Shown here one piece after another: positions 53,195-63,691 of a stretch of DNA of 64,000 nucleotides. Below the pieces are notes generated by a model that saw only the letters and a list, made by a program, of their open reading frames with translations, was not told the origin of the DNA and did not search any database. The translations under genes and the position numbers were made by a program. Where the stretch lies: positions 25,845-89,844 of the forward strand of contig JAPOWQ010000049.1 of assembly GCA_026707585.1 (NCBI GenBank), in the 5' to 3' direction. Source of the DNA: Chloroflexota bacterium (GTDB lineage: Bacteria; Chloroflexota; UBA11872). Position 1 is the first letter of the stretch, and each line of letters begins with the position of its first letter.

Positions 53195-54211
53195 ATGACG
53201 GCCGCCGCCGAGAGACCGGCCATCGCCCTGGATGTCATGGGTGGTGACCGGGCGCCGGAGGCCACTATTGAGGGAGCCATCGGCTGGGCCAGGTCAACCG
53301 GCCAACGCGCCATCCTGGTCGGCGACGTCGACGTCATGCGCGGCCTGCTGTCGAGCGGCGGCGAGGACCCCTCGGCTTGGCGCCTGGAATCGGGGCCGAC
53401 CACCATCGGCATGGACGAACACCCCGTGCAGGCGGTGCGATCCACCCGGGACGCCTCGATCCGGCGCTGCGCGGAGCTCGTTCGCTCCGGGGAGGCACAG
53501 GCCCTTGTATCGATGGGGAACACCGGCGCCACGATGGCGGCTGGCGTCCTGGTCGTCGGGCGTGCGGCCGGCGTGGACCGGCCCGGTCTGGCGGTCCTCA
53601 TCCCCGGTCGCGAAGCCCCGACGCTGCTCATTGACGTCGGTGCCAACTCCGAGGCCCGCCCCGAACACCTGCGCGACTTTGGCTTGATGGGCGAGGTCTA
53701 CCTGCGCCAGGTGCTCGGGACGCCGAATCCCCGCGCCGGGGTGTTGAGTATCGGCGAGGAGGCCACCAAGGGCAGCCCGCTGACCCTCGCGGCCGCCGAA
53801 CTCCTGGCGGCCTCACCACTCGACTTTGTCGGCAATATCGAGCCGGGCGGGCTCTTCAATAGCAGCGCTGATGTGGTGGTCTGCGACGGCTTCACAGGCA
53901 ACCTGGTCCTGAAGTCCTTCGAGGCCACGGCTGAGTTTGCGGTGGGTGAACTTCGCGCCGCCGTCCGACGCCGTCCCTACACCCTTCCCGGGGTGGTTTT
54001 CATGTATCCGGCGTTCCGCGCGGTACGGCGTCGCACCGACTACGCGCAATACGGCGGGACACCGCTGCTTGGCGTAAACGGCGTGGTCATCATCGGACAC
54101 GGACGATCGAACGCCATGGCGGTCGAAAACGCGCTCAATGCCGCGGCGCGTGCCGTCGAGTCCCGCGTCGTCGAGCGCGTCTCGGACGGACTAGCCTTAA
54201 CGGACCGGTAA
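53195..54211 (+). CDS. plsX: Phosphate acyltransferase PlsX
   Basis: 'IALDVMGGDRAPE...GNTGATMAAG...GHGRSNA'. Confidence 0.85.
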   Translation: MTAAAERPAIALDVMGGDRAPEATIEGAIGWARSTGQRAILVGDVDVMRGLLSSGGEDPSAWRLESGPTTIGMDEHPVQAVRSTRDASIRRCAELVRSGEAQALVSMGNTGATMAAGVLVVGRAAGVDRPGLAVLIPGREAPTLLIDVGANSEARPEHLRDFGLMGEVYLRQVLGTPNPRAGVLSIGEEATKGSPLTLAAAELLAASPLDFVGNIEPGGLFNSSADVVVCDGFTGNLVLKSFEATAEFAVGELRAAVRRRPYTLPGVVFMYPAFRAVRRRTDYAQYGGTPLLGVNGVVIIGHGRSNAMAVENALNAAARAVESRVVERVSDGLALTDR

Positions 54212-54237
54212 CCCCGCCCAAGCGGTCGGCGGCAATC

Positions 54238-55272
54238 TTGCACACGTTAGAGACAGTTCCGCCCATATCCGCGCCGATACGTCGCCTCCTGCTCCTTCGC
54301 CCTGGGCGAGAGGGTTGGGGCGAGGATCCCGGGCTCCCGCGCCGCCGATTGCTTGGCCTGCTCGCGGCCAGCTCCACCGCCCTGGCCCTGAGCGCCTGCG
54401 ATGTTTGGAACCTGGTTGGGCGGCCCAACGACCGAAGTCCCGGCGGGTCACCGCTCTCGATTCCCGCGCTGCGCGCGCGCAACTTTCCGCCCTCGGAGAT
54501 TCGCCTGCACAAGGTGGCGGCGCGCCACGACGATTACACCTCGTACGTCATGAGCTACAACTCCGACGGCCTGCACATCACGGGCATGGCCACCATCCCG
54601 ACCGGCCGGGGCCCCTTTCCGGTCGTCCTGCTCAATCACGGCTACGTGCTGCCAAGCCAATACGCCACCGGCGTGGGCACGCGCGTCATGGCTGACGCCC
54701 TGGCGCGGCGCGGCGTGGTGACCCTTGCAACGGACTATCGCGGGCTCGGCGGTTCGCAAGACGACTCGCGGCTCAACATCGGCGCTCGGCTGGAATTTGT
54801 GATCGACGTTCTCAACCTGGCGTCCGCGTCGCGGGAATTCCCCGAAGCTCAGCCGGGTCGCATTGGCATTTGGGGGCATAGCCTCGGCGGCGAACTGGCT
54901 ATCCGCGCCGGCGTCGTGGATCCCCGGATTGGCCCGATAGCTCTCTGGGCGCCGCTCAGCGTCTGGCTTGACGACATCTCCGACTACTACCGGGTCCCAA
55001 CTTCCAGCTCAAGCGACCAGTTGCGCGCCGCCCTGTCCGCAGGCAACTATCTCGAAGGGCTGACCGGCCCGGTAGACATTCACCAGGGCGGGAACGATCT
55101 CGCGGTTAACCCGGCGTGGGCGTCAAAGCTCCGGCTGGCTCTGGGGGAGGCCGGCGTGGCAAGTAATCTCTATCTCTACCCCGGCGTGGGACATTTGCTC
55201 AACGCCAGCGCTCAGACCGTCGTCCGCAACAGCGCCGAATTCTTGCGGCGAAATCTGCCGACAACGCGCTAG
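54238..55272 (+). CDS. Lipoprotein alpha/beta hydrolase (S9/dienelactone hydrolase-like)
   Basis: Lipobox 'LALSAC' and nucleophile elbow 'GIWGHSLGG'. Confidence 0.65.
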   Translation: MHTLETVPPISAPIRRLLLLRPGREGWGEDPGLPRRRLLGLLAASSTALALSACDVWNLVGRPNDRSPGGSPLSIPALRARNFPPSEIRLHKVAARHDDYTSYVMSYNSDGLHITGMATIPTGRGPFPVVLLNHGYVLPSQYATGVGTRVMADALARRGVVTLATDYRGLGGSQDDSRLNIGARLEFVIDVLNLASASREFPEAQPGRIGIWGHSLGGELAIRAGVVDPRIGPIALWAPLSVWLDDISDYYRVPTSSSSDQLRAALSAGNYLEGLTGPVDIHQGGNDLAVNPAWASKLRLALGEAGVASNLYLYPGVGHLLNASAQTVVRNSAEFLRRNLPTTR

Positions 55273-55284
55273 GAATCTCGGGCC

Positions 55285-56757
55285 GTGCCCGCGCTGTCTC
55301 AGGCCGTCGAGCAGGTGTCCTTCAACGTCGGCCGACGCATAGACGCGGCGCCCGCCGCCGCGATCCTGGCCATTATCGCGCTGGCCGCCGCCCAGCCGCT
55401 GGACGCCGACCTCTGGGTCCACCTCAACAACGGTCGCTTCATCGCCAGCCGGGGCGAACTCCCCTATCCCGATCCATTCACCTTCAGCGCCGGGGACGCG
55501 GTCTGGACGGTCCACGAGTGGCTTCCCGCCCTGATCATCTTTCAACTGGTCGACCTCGGCGGAGTCATAGCCGCGGTCCTGGGCATAGCCGCCGTCTACG
55601 CCCTCATCTGGGGCCTGCTCGAACGCACGCTGGCCGCCCACGGCGTCGGCCCATGGATGCGAACTGCCGCGCTGGTGACGGCATCCCTGCCGCTGTTTCC
55701 ATTCGCGGGCATCCGTCCGCTGGCATTCGGACTACTGGCCGCCGTTCTGGCGGCCGTCCTGGCGTCGCATCACCGGCGCACCGGCTCGCGTTGGGTGTGG
55801 CTGCTGCCGCTCGTGTTCGTCATCTGGGGCAACCTCCACGCGTCGTTCCCCATCGGCTTCGCCCTGCTCGGAGCCCTCTTCTTCGAAGCCCTCTGGGCAC
55901 GGTCCCGGCTGCCTTTCATCGGTCCAAGCCCCCGCACACGCCTTGGACCCTTCGCCGCCGTCACGGCCTTGTCGGTCGTCGCACCGGCCCTCAATCCGTC
56001 GGGATTCCGCCTGCTCGCCCAGCCGTTCTTTCAATGGGGCGGCGAGTTTCGTCGCTTCAACAGCGACTGGCGACCGCCCGAGGCCTTCAGCGAGACCTGG
56101 TGGTTTTTCGCGGCCTTTCTGGTTCTGACCGGTCTGCTGCTCGTCCTGCGACGCGGTCGTATCGCCCCTACCGATGTCCTGGTGCTGGTCGTCGTGGTGG
56201 CTGCCGGCTACAGCACACGCAAAGTCATGCCCTTCGCCGCGGTCCTGGCGCCGTTGCTGCTGACTGGCCCGCTGGCCCTTACCGGCGCCCCACGCCTGCA
56301 TCCTCCGGTCTGGGCGGTCCGTATCGCTGGGGCGCTGGTCGTGGCCTCGGCTATTGGCGTTGCCGTCGCCATCAGCCCGCGCACGCTCGATGGACCCACC
56401 GTGGTGCCTATGCCGGCCGTCGCCCGTGACCTCGCCGCTTTGTCCGGAGCGACTCGAATCTTGAGTACCTACCATTGGGGCGCGTACCTCTCCTGGACCC
56501 TCTGGCCCGACGCCCTGGTGTACATCGACGGCCGGTTCGATCTCTTCGTCCCCGACAAGCTCGGGGACTACCTGACCGTCATCAGTCTCGGGGCCGACTG
56601 GCGCCAGGTGCTCACCGACATCAACCCCAACGCTCTGGTCATCGAGACCGATTCCCCCCTCGCACGCCAGCTCGGCCACCCCGATTCAGGCTGGCGAGAC
56701 GCCGGCGGCGACGCTATTGCCCGCCTGTTTCTCCCCGGTGCGGCTACACCCGCATGA
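55285..56757 (+). CDS. Polytopic integral membrane protein, possible GT-C-type glycosyltransferase (family unassigned)
   Basis: About 12 predicted TM helices, with a conserved-looking loop 'LWVHLNNGRFIASRGELPYPDPF' after TM1. Confidence 0.4.
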   Translation: MPALSQAVEQVSFNVGRRIDAAPAAAILAIIALAAAQPLDADLWVHLNNGRFIASRGELPYPDPFTFSAGDAVWTVHEWLPALIIFQLVDLGGVIAAVLGIAAVYALIWGLLERTLAAHGVGPWMRTAALVTASLPLFPFAGIRPLAFGLLAAVLAAVLASHHRRTGSRWVWLLPLVFVIWGNLHASFPIGFALLGALFFEALWARSRLPFIGPSPRTRLGPFAAVTALSVVAPALNPSGFRLLAQPFFQWGGEFRRFNSDWRPPEAFSETWWFFAAFLVLTGLLLVLRRGRIAPTDVLVLVVVVAAGYSTRKVMPFAAVLAPLLLTGPLALTGAPRLHPPVWAVRIAGALVVASAIGVAVAISPRTLDGPTVVPMPAVARDLAALSGATRILSTYHWGAYLSWTLWPDALVYIDGRFDLFVPDKLGDYLTVISLGADWRQVLTDINPNALVIETDSPLARQLGHPDSGWRDAGGDAIARLFLPGAATPA

Positions 56758-56814
56758 CATCGCGCCAGTCATTCACATGAGGCGCTCCCCTCAAACGTCG
56801 GTCCGCGGCCCTCA

Positions 56815-57369
56815 ATGACCCGCAAGCACCGCGGCGACCGGGGCCAGACCAGCCTCTTCGACGGTGCGCGCGTGTCGAAGACGAACGCGCGCATCGCGGC
56901 CCTGGGCGCCGTTGACGAACTCAACTCCGCCCTCGGAGTCGCCATGAGTTCGTGCCCGGCCGGCGATCACCTGGACCGATTGGCCTGGATGCAGACTCGC
57001 CTTTTCACCCTGGGCTCGGATCTGGCCAATCCGGGCGGAAGGGCCCGTGGCGACCGCATTACGTCGGCGGACACAGCGACGCTGGACACTTGGCTGGACG
57101 GCTACCGGGTGGACCTGCCGCCGCTTCAGCACTTCATCCTGCCCGGCGGCACGCCAGCGGCGGCCAGCGTGAACCTGGCCCGAACCGTCTGCCGCCGCGC
57201 CGAATGCGAAGTCTTTCGTCTCGCTTCCGAAGCGCTCGTCAGCCCGGATGTCCCAGTCTTCCTGAACCGTCTGAGCGACGTGCTCTTTGAGCTTGCGCGC
57301 GCCCTCAATCATGAGGCAGGCGTCCCCGAGAACGTTTGGCTCGGACCGCGCGACCGTCCTGACGGCTGA
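56815..57369 (+). CDS. PduO-type ATP:cob(I)alamin adenosyltransferase
   Basis: 'TRKHRGDRGQTSLFDGARVSKTNARIAALGAVDELNSALG', the characteristic N-terminus of the PduO/MMAB family. Confidence 0.8.
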   Translation: MTRKHRGDRGQTSLFDGARVSKTNARIAALGAVDELNSALGVAMSSCPAGDHLDRLAWMQTRLFTLGSDLANPGGRARGDRITSADTATLDTWLDGYRVDLPPLQHFILPGGTPAAASVNLARTVCRRAECEVFRLASEALVSPDVPVFLNRLSDVLFELARALNHEAGVPENVWLGPRDRPDG

Positions 57370-57487
57370 GCGAACCCTGGTGCGCTCGCAGCCCCCGCTG
57401 CGAACCGCGCACGTTTGACAAGCTCGATCCGAGTCGTCAGCGTCACGGTATTGGGCTGGCTAACACTCGGTCGAAGGGATCGGCGCA

Positions 57488-58315
57488 ATGTATCGATCAG
57501 TCCGCGCGGCCGCTCTGTCTATTAAGCCAAAGAAGTGGGACAAGGCCGCCAATGCCGACAAGCTGGAAGACTTTGTGCGCCGGGCCGCGGCGCAGGGCGC
57601 GGAACTGGTGGTTGCCCCGGAGGGATTCCTCGAGGGCTACGTCGTCATGGACGTCATAGAGGATCCCGACCTCCGCGCCGACATGTGGGAGATCGCCGAG
57701 CCGCCGGATGGTCCCTGTCTCCAGCGTTTCAGCAACCTCGCGCGCGAACTGAGCATTGTTCTCTGCTTCGGCTACGCCGAACGGCGCGACGACGGGGTTT
57801 ACAACGCGGCGATCATTTTCGGGCCCGAGGGCGAGCACTGCGGGACTTATTACAAGACGCAGCTCGCCGAGGGTTCCTGCGACGACTGGGACTTCAACCG
57901 CATCGGCGCCGACCTGCGGGCCATCGACACCGCGGTGGCGCGCGTCGGCACGATGATCTGCAACGACCGCTGGAACCCGCTGATCGCCCGCGCCCAGGTG
58001 ATGGACGGCGCCCAGGCCATTTTGATCCCGTCTTATGGCTCACGCAGCCGCGAGCAGAATCTGGCTGTGATCGCTCGAGCGCGCGAAAACGGCGTGCCGG
58101 TGGTTGAAGCCAACGTGGGCGTTAACCTGATCGTGAGCAAAGGTGAAGTCGTGGCCTACGTCTGGGGAACGGACCGTATATCCGTGGCCACGATCGAGAT
58201 ACCCCTGCCGCCGTCCGCAGACAACGCCCGCGCGGTGGAGCAGGAATTCATGGCCTGGCGCGTTCCCGAAATGCAGCGCCGTTACGAACGCACGATGGAG
58301 CGGGTTGGCAACTAA
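57488..58315 (+). CDS. Carbon-nitrogen hydrolase family protein (nitrilase superfamily)
   Basis: The E-K-C triad context: 'LVVAPEGF', 'YYKTQL' and 'GTMICNDRWNP'. Confidence 0.75.
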   Translation: MYRSVRAAALSIKPKKWDKAANADKLEDFVRRAAAQGAELVVAPEGFLEGYVVMDVIEDPDLRADMWEIAEPPDGPCLQRFSNLARELSIVLCFGYAERRDDGVYNAAIIFGPEGEHCGTYYKTQLAEGSCDDWDFNRIGADLRAIDTAVARVGTMICNDRWNPLIARAQVMDGAQAILIPSYGSRSREQNLAVIARARENGVPVVEANVGVNLIVSKGEVVAYVWGTDRISVATIEIPLPPSADNARAVEQEFMAWRVPEMQRRYERTMERVGN

Positions 58316-58323
58316 CGACTTTT

Positions 58324-58662
58324 CTACGGTCGCTGGGTCTCGGTCCGCTCCGCAAGCTCGCGCAGCATCTCCCACGGATAGATACCCGTGCTGTGACTAT
58401 CGCTCCAGTCGAAGGTGAGCGCGTAGTTCCCAACCGGCGCGATCCGGTAGGCGCGAATGTCGGTCGGAATCGTGGCCGGATCCAGCAGCGGCGCGCCGGT
58501 CAGTTCGTCGCGGCAGACGGCGCAGCCGCAGGCCAGCCGAATCTCCCGCAGCGGAATCACGGAAGCTGATCCGTCGGCCCAGTCAATGCCGAGCGCATCG
58601 TCCCCTTCACGACGGATATCCACCGCAGTGACCCGCGCCGGCACGCCTGATTGGGCGCTCAC
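58324..58662 (-). CDS. DUF971 family protein
   Basis: '[14 protein letters not shown]...[21 protein letters not shown]', matching the gamma-butyrobetaine hydroxylase-like N-terminal fold. Confidence 0.65.
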   Translation of the reverse strand: MSAQSGVPARVTAVDIRREGDDALGIDWADGSASVIPLREIRLACGCAVCRDELTGAPLLDPATIPTDIRAYRIAPVGNYALTFDWSDSHSTGIYPWEMLRELAERTETQRP

Positions 58663-61127
58663 TGGGCGGCGCTGGCGACCAAGTGCTCGATTTCGTCGGC
58701 GAGCGACGCCGCCGCCACCGGGCCCTCACCCTCCGCCATCACGCGGAACACCGGCCGGTCGTCGTCAGGCACCACGACTGCGCGATCGGAGCCTTCCCCA
58801 AATACGACCCCATCAATTTCGCCCTCGTCGCTGCGGTCGGGATGGGAGTTGAGGACGCGCATGAGCTGCGCGCGCCGCTCCCAGGCCACCGAAACCTCGC
58901 GGTGCGCCAGCGTAAAGGCTGGCAACGAACCGACCCGCGCCGACACCGACAAATCACTCAACGCCTGCGCGCTGATCAGATGCACCAGGGTTGCCATGGC
59001 GTCAGGACCTGGATGCAGATTCGGAAACGCCAGCGCATTTCGGCCGTTCGCCGCCACCACCGCCCGTTGGCCGTCACTCACTTGCATCATGTTGGCGACG
59101 TTGGCCTGGGTGCGGATTGACGTAAAGCCCAACTCGCTGGCATAGGACGTGAGGCTATTTGGCACCGTGAATGGCACGGCCAGCGGACCGGAGATTCCTC
59201 GCGCCCTCAGCCCGTCCAGGACCAGCGCAATGACGGTCAGGCTGTCGATCGGCGCTCCTTGCTCGTCCACCAGCCAGATGCGATTTCCGTCCGGACCCAC
59301 CACGGCGCCAAACGTGGCGCCCACGGCGGTAACGATTCGTCCCAATCGGGCCAACCGTTCCTCGATCGCCATTCCGCCGGAGCCAACGTCAACCGGCGAG
59401 GCATCCACGGCGGTGTCGCGCACGCCCAGGCGGGTCAGCACGCTGAGCAGCGTCTCGCCGCAGGTTCCGTCGCTGTAGTCCACCACCACGCCGACATGTC
59501 GGTGCGTTACCTCTGAGTTGGCCACCACGCGCAGCAGTGCTTCCTGATATGCCTCGACGGCGGCCGCCACGGTGATCTCCGCAATCGACTCAGAGCCCAC
59601 GCGCCGAAAGTCCTCGCGCATGAACGTGGCTTCAATCTTTCGCTGTTCGGTTGGCCGGATGTCCACGCCGCGTGGGTTCGTGAAGCGCACGTCCACAGCC
59701 GCCGCGTCGTACGGCGAGGTACGCACGTGGGTCGTGCCCTCTGCCTCAAACCGTGCGCACGCAAAGCGACCGACCGGAAACGGCGTAGCGCCGATGTCGA
59801 TCACGCGCACGCCGACCGAGGCGAGACCTGCCATCAAGGCTCGCTTGACCATGCGAGCCGGCCGTGTCTGGTCTCGGTTCGCCACGACAGACGCGCCAAC
59901 CGGCAGCGTGCTTCCCCAGGCGGCGCCCAGGCGTGCCGCGAACTCGGGCGTGAGTTCGAAATTTGCCAGCCCGGCCACGCCGCCGTGCGTGAAGATCGTC
60001 CGCCGAGCCTGCGGCGCATGGATCAGGCTCCGGTCCACGACCACGCCCTCGTCTACGAACTTGCGCGGCCAGATGCGCACGCCGGGTCGAACCGATGACC
60101 CATCCGCCAGCGTGCTGCGGTCACCGATCACCACGTCTTCGCGAATGGTCACGCCGCGCCCGAGGTTGGCGTGCCGCGCCACGATGCACTGCGCCAGGCT
60201 GGCGCCGACCCCAACCACGACGTTTCCGCTGATCACGGCTTCGCTGATCTCGGCACGTTCGGCGATCAGGGTGTTGTCGCCGATCGCCGCGGGCCCGTTT
60301 ATCACGGCGTGCGCGTGAACCTCGCTTCCTCGTCCCACGTACACCGGCCCCCGCATTTGCACCGTGGGATCGACCCGAGCCGTCGAATCCACCGTCGGAC
60401 CGTCTGGTCGATAGGTGGGGCCGTCATACGTACGCACCCCTCCTGATACGAGGTCGGCGTTCGCGGCCCGGTAGGCGTCAAGCGTGCCGATATCCGTCCA
60501 ATACCCGTCCGCGATGTGCCCGTAGAGAGGTCGCCCGCCGGCCAGCATGGCCGGGAAGACGTCCATGGAGAAGTCGACTTGCCGTCCCGGCGGAATCAAG
60601 TCGAACACGGCTGGATCCAGCATGTAGATGCCCGTGTTGGCGGCGTCGCTCAACACCTCGCCCCAGGACGGCTTCTCCTGAAAGCGGAGTATTCGACCGT
60701 CGTCCGCGGTCACCACCACGCCGTATTCCAGCGGATTGGGAACCCGGGCCAGAAGTAGCGTGGCTTCGGAGTCACAGGCCTCGTGCGCGGTTGCCAGGGC
60801 CGTCAGGTCTACGTCGGTCAGCGCGTCGCCGGAGATCACCAGAAACGGCTCGGTCAACTGATCGCGGGCCAGCGCCACACTGCCAGCGGTGCCCAATGGC
60901 TCGTTCTCGTAGGTGTACGTGATTCGCAGCCCGAAGTCTTCGCCCGACTGGAAGTAATTCTCGATCGTGGAGCCAAGGTAGTGCAGCGTCACGATCACGT
61001 CGGTGAAGCCGTGCGCGCGCAGCAGCCGCAGGATGTGTTCCATGACGGGTGCGTCGCCCAGCATGGCCATTGGCTTGGGGCGCTCAATGGTCAGCGGCCG
61101 CAGCCGGGAGCCTTCGCCGCCGGCCAT
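58659..61127 (-). CDS. Bifunctional sugar-1-phosphate nucleotidyltransferase (mannose-1-P guanylyltransferase-like, with left-handed beta-helix) / phosphomannomutase-phosphoglucomutase
   Basis: The N-terminus '[20 protein letters not shown]' is an NTP-transferase. The C-terminal half carries all four PGM/PMM domains. 822 aa. Its stop overlaps the DUF971 start. Confidence 0.8.
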   Translation of the reverse strand: MAGGEGSRLRPLTIERPKPMAMLGDAPVMEHILRLLRAHGFTDVIVTLHYLGSTIENYFQSGEDFGLRITYTYENEPLGTAGSVALARDQLTEPFLVISGDALTDVDLTALATAHEACDSEATLLLARVPNPLEYGVVVTADDGRILRFQEKPSWGEVLSDAANTGIYMLDPAVFDLIPPGRQVDFSMDVFPAMLAGGRPLYGHIADGYWTDIGTLDAYRAANADLVSGGVRTYDGPTYRPDGPTVDSTARVDPTVQMRGPVYVGRGSEVHAHAVINGPAAIGDNTLIAERAEISEAVISGNVVVGVGASLAQCIVARHANLGRGVTIREDVVIGDRSTLADGSSVRPGVRIWPRKFVDEGVVVDRSLIHAPQARRTIFTHGGVAGLANFELTPEFAARLGAAWGSTLPVGASVVANRDQTRPARMVKRALMAGLASVGVRVIDIGATPFPVGRFACARFEAEGTTHVRTSPYDAAAVDVRFTNPRGVDIRPTEQRKIEATFMREDFRRVGSESIAEITVAAAVEAYQEALLRVVANSEVTHRHVGVVVDYSDGTCGETLLSVLTRLGVRDTAVDASPVDVGSGGMAIEERLARLGRIVTAVGATFGAVVGPDGNRIWLVDEQGAPIDSLTVIALVLDGLRARGISGPLAVPFTVPNSLTSYASELGFTSIRTQANVANMMQVSDGQRAVVAANGRNALAFPNLHPGPDAMATLVHLISAQALSDLSVSARVGSLPAFTLAHREVSVAWERRAQLMRVLNSHPDRSDEGEIDGVVFGEGSDRAVVVPDDDRPVFRVMAEGEGPVAAASLADEIEHLVASAAQ

Positions 61128-61526
61128 GACTACGGCGTGTGTGGGGATTCGGGTAGACCGCCGCGCGTGTCGCGCTTTCAGTCTACGGGCGGCCTATCGC
61201 GTGTCAACGCCGCGATCAGGCCGGGCTTGGGTCGGTCGATCGAGACCGACCACTGTGGCGCGCCCTGAACCCGTGGAGCCCGGCCGGTCACTCGTATCTC
61301 GTGTACGCCTAGTCCGGATCCACCGCTCCCAGCCCGGGCCTGGCGATTTCGCCTCGTGGGCCTGTTCCAGCAGCTCCTGGCCCGCTTCAGCGCTTCCTGG
61401 TACGCCGCTGGATAACGCGAGCCCCCTTCACCCCCAAGCTGGAATCATCACCTGCTCGCCGGCGAGCGCGACAAGCTGCCGCAGGGCGCGTAGTCTCAAC
61501 GAATATCGCGGGAGATCGAGGCACAG

Positions 61527-62909
61527 ATGCAAGACGTGAAGTTGTCGGGTACGCCAATCACCGAAACCTATCCGGGCCTGCGCAACCTGGTTGTCGACTT
61601 CAACCAGATGAAGACCTTCCTGGACGACCCGCTGGTGCTGGTTGAGGGCGACGGCGTACGGATTCGCGATCACACGGGACGCTGGTACATCGATGGGCTA
61701 TCCGGCGTCGCGGCCGTGCAGTTGGGGCACCGCAACCAGGGGATCATTGAGGCGATGCGTGGGCAACTCGATCGCATTGCGCTGGCGCTGCCCCTCTACG
61801 CGTCGACCGAGCCGGCCATCGCGCTGGCCGAGCGCCTGGCGGACGTGACGCCCGTGCCACTGACCCACGTCAAGTTCACGACCGGTGGCTCGGAAGCCAA
61901 CGAAACCGCCTTCAAGCTGGCCCGTCAGTACCACGCCCAAACCGGCAACCCGGGCAAATACAAGGTGATCTCGCGCTACAAGAGCTATCACGGGGCCACG
62001 ATGGGCGCGTTGGCCGCCAGCGGCGGGGCGTCACGCAAGCTGCCGTACGAGCCCTTCCCTACCGGCTTCGTGCATGTGCATCCGCCGGATTGCTACCGCT
62101 GTCCGTTCGGGATGACCTACCCCGACTGCGGCGTGCGCTGCGCGCAAATCGTGGACGAGGTGATTCTTGGCGAAGGCCCCGAGACTGTTGCCGCCCTGAT
62201 TGCAGACCCGGTCGTCATGTCAGCGGAGGGACTAATCGCGCCGCCGCTGGAGTATTTCAAGATCCTGCGCGAGATCTGCGACCGCCACAACGTGCTGCTG
62301 ATCTTTGACGAGATCATCACGGGCTTTGGACGGCTCGGGGAGTTGTTCGCGGCAGAGGTTTACGAGACGTGCCCGGACATCATGTCGGTGGGCAAGGGCA
62401 TCAGCGGCGGATACGCGGCCCTGGCGGCCGTAATGATGACGGAGCGCGTGGCCACCGCCTTCTGGGGCGACCTGGCTGACGGGGTGCACTTCAACGCGGG
62501 GCATACCTACTCCGGGAATCCCGTGGCGTGTGCGGCGGGACTGGAATCCGTGCGGCAGATCGTGGACGGCGGCGCGCTGGACAACGGCCGCGAGCGAGGA
62601 AAGCAACTCCGCGCGGGTCTGGACGAATTGGAAGCCCGCTACGAGCAGATCGGGCGCGTGGCCGGCCACGGCATGTTGCAGGGCGTCGAGTTCGTCAGCG
62701 ACCGAGCATCGCGCTCGGCGTATCCCGCCTCCAACCTTCTGTGCCGCGCGGTGGGCCAAACCGCCAAACGCAACGGACTGATCGCGCGCATGGGTGACCA
62801 CACCTACGTGCTTGCTCCTCCCCTGGTTTCAACAGAGGAAGAGATCGACGAGATGCTGGACATCCTGGACGCGTCAATCGCGGAGACCCTGGAAACCTTC
62901 GAGGAGTGA
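61527..62909 (+). CDS. Class III (omega-type) aminotransferase
   Basis: 'LLIFDEIITGFGRLGELF' and a PLP lysine 'IMSVGKGISGGY'. Confidence 0.8.
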   Translation: MQDVKLSGTPITETYPGLRNLVVDFNQMKTFLDDPLVLVEGDGVRIRDHTGRWYIDGLSGVAAVQLGHRNQGIIEAMRGQLDRIALALPLYASTEPAIALAERLADVTPVPLTHVKFTTGGSEANETAFKLARQYHAQTGNPGKYKVISRYKSYHGATMGALAASGGASRKLPYEPFPTGFVHVHPPDCYRCPFGMTYPDCGVRCAQIVDEVILGEGPETVAALIADPVVMSAEGLIAPPLEYFKILREICDRHNVLLIFDEIITGFGRLGELFAAEVYETCPDIMSVGKGISGGYAALAAVMMTERVATAFWGDLADGVHFNAGHTYSGNPVACAAGLESVRQIVDGGALDNGRERGKQLRAGLDELEARYEQIGRVAGHGMLQGVEFVSDRASRSAYPASNLLCRAVGQTAKRNGLIARMGDHTYVLAPPLVSTEEEIDEMLDILDASIAETLETFEE

Positions 62910-63646
62910 GCCAGGCGGCGTTTGACGACCGCGTGGCCGCCTACGCGCAGTCACCCACTCATCGCGAAGGCCCGACGCTGGACCTCACGCGTGAGTTTGC
63001 CCAGGCGCGTCCGGGCGACCTGGTACTGGACGTGAGCACGGGCACCGGCTTTACCGCCCATGCCATGGCCATTATCCCCGCTCGCGTCGTGGCGGCGGAT
63101 ATCGCACCCAACATGCTGCGGCACACGCGTGCGACGGCGCCGAATGAGTTGCGGGTGGTTCAGTCGGATACTCACACCCTGGCGTTCGCCAACCGAGCAT
63201 TTGACGTCGTGACGTGCCGCCATGCGTTCCATCACTACCAGAACGGGCGCACCGCCCTAGGCGAAATGGCGCGTGTCGTTCGGCCGGGCGGCCAGGTGGT
63301 GATAACCGACACGATCTCGCCAGACGACCCAGACGTGGCCGCGGCCATGCACGAAATCGAGTCGCTCCGCGACCCTTCACATGTCTGCAACCGGTATGCC
63401 GGCCAAATCCTTGAATTGATGACGGAAGTTGGCCTAAACATTGCGCGCAGCACACGCACGCGTACCGAGCAAGATTTCGACGGCTGGTGCGGTCGAACAG
63501 GCGTATCCGACGCTCTTCGGCAGCAGCTGTGGCGGGCCTTTACCGAAGACGAAGAGGTCCGCGCGGCGTTCGATGCGCGCGAAACCGATAACGGCCGATG
63601 GTTCTACTGGCCGGTTCTGGTCGCGGCCGGCGTACGGCGCGCCTAG
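62906..63646 (+). CDS. Class I SAM-dependent methyltransferase
   Basis: Motif I 'VLDVSTGTGFTAHAMA', with a 4-nt overlap onto the aminotransferase stop. Confidence 0.7.
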   Translation: MSQAAFDDRVAAYAQSPTHREGPTLDLTREFAQARPGDLVLDVSTGTGFTAHAMAIIPARVVAADIAPNMLRHTRATAPNELRVVQSDTHTLAFANRAFDVVTCRHAFHHYQNGRTALGEMARVVRPGGQVVITDTISPDDPDVAAAMHEIESLRDPSHVCNRYAGQILELMTEVGLNIARSTRTRTEQDFDGWCGRTGVSDALRQQLWRAFTEDEEVRAAFDARETDNGRWFYWPVLVAAGVRRA

Positions 63647-63691
63647 GCTCCGATACGATACAGACGGAGTCGGGCTCCGGGGGAAAACGAC

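Noticed and set aside
55732-56679. 315-aa minus-strand ORF inside the polytopic membrane protein gene
   Set aside because: Antisense, highly charged low-complexity product. The plus frame encodes coherent TM helices.
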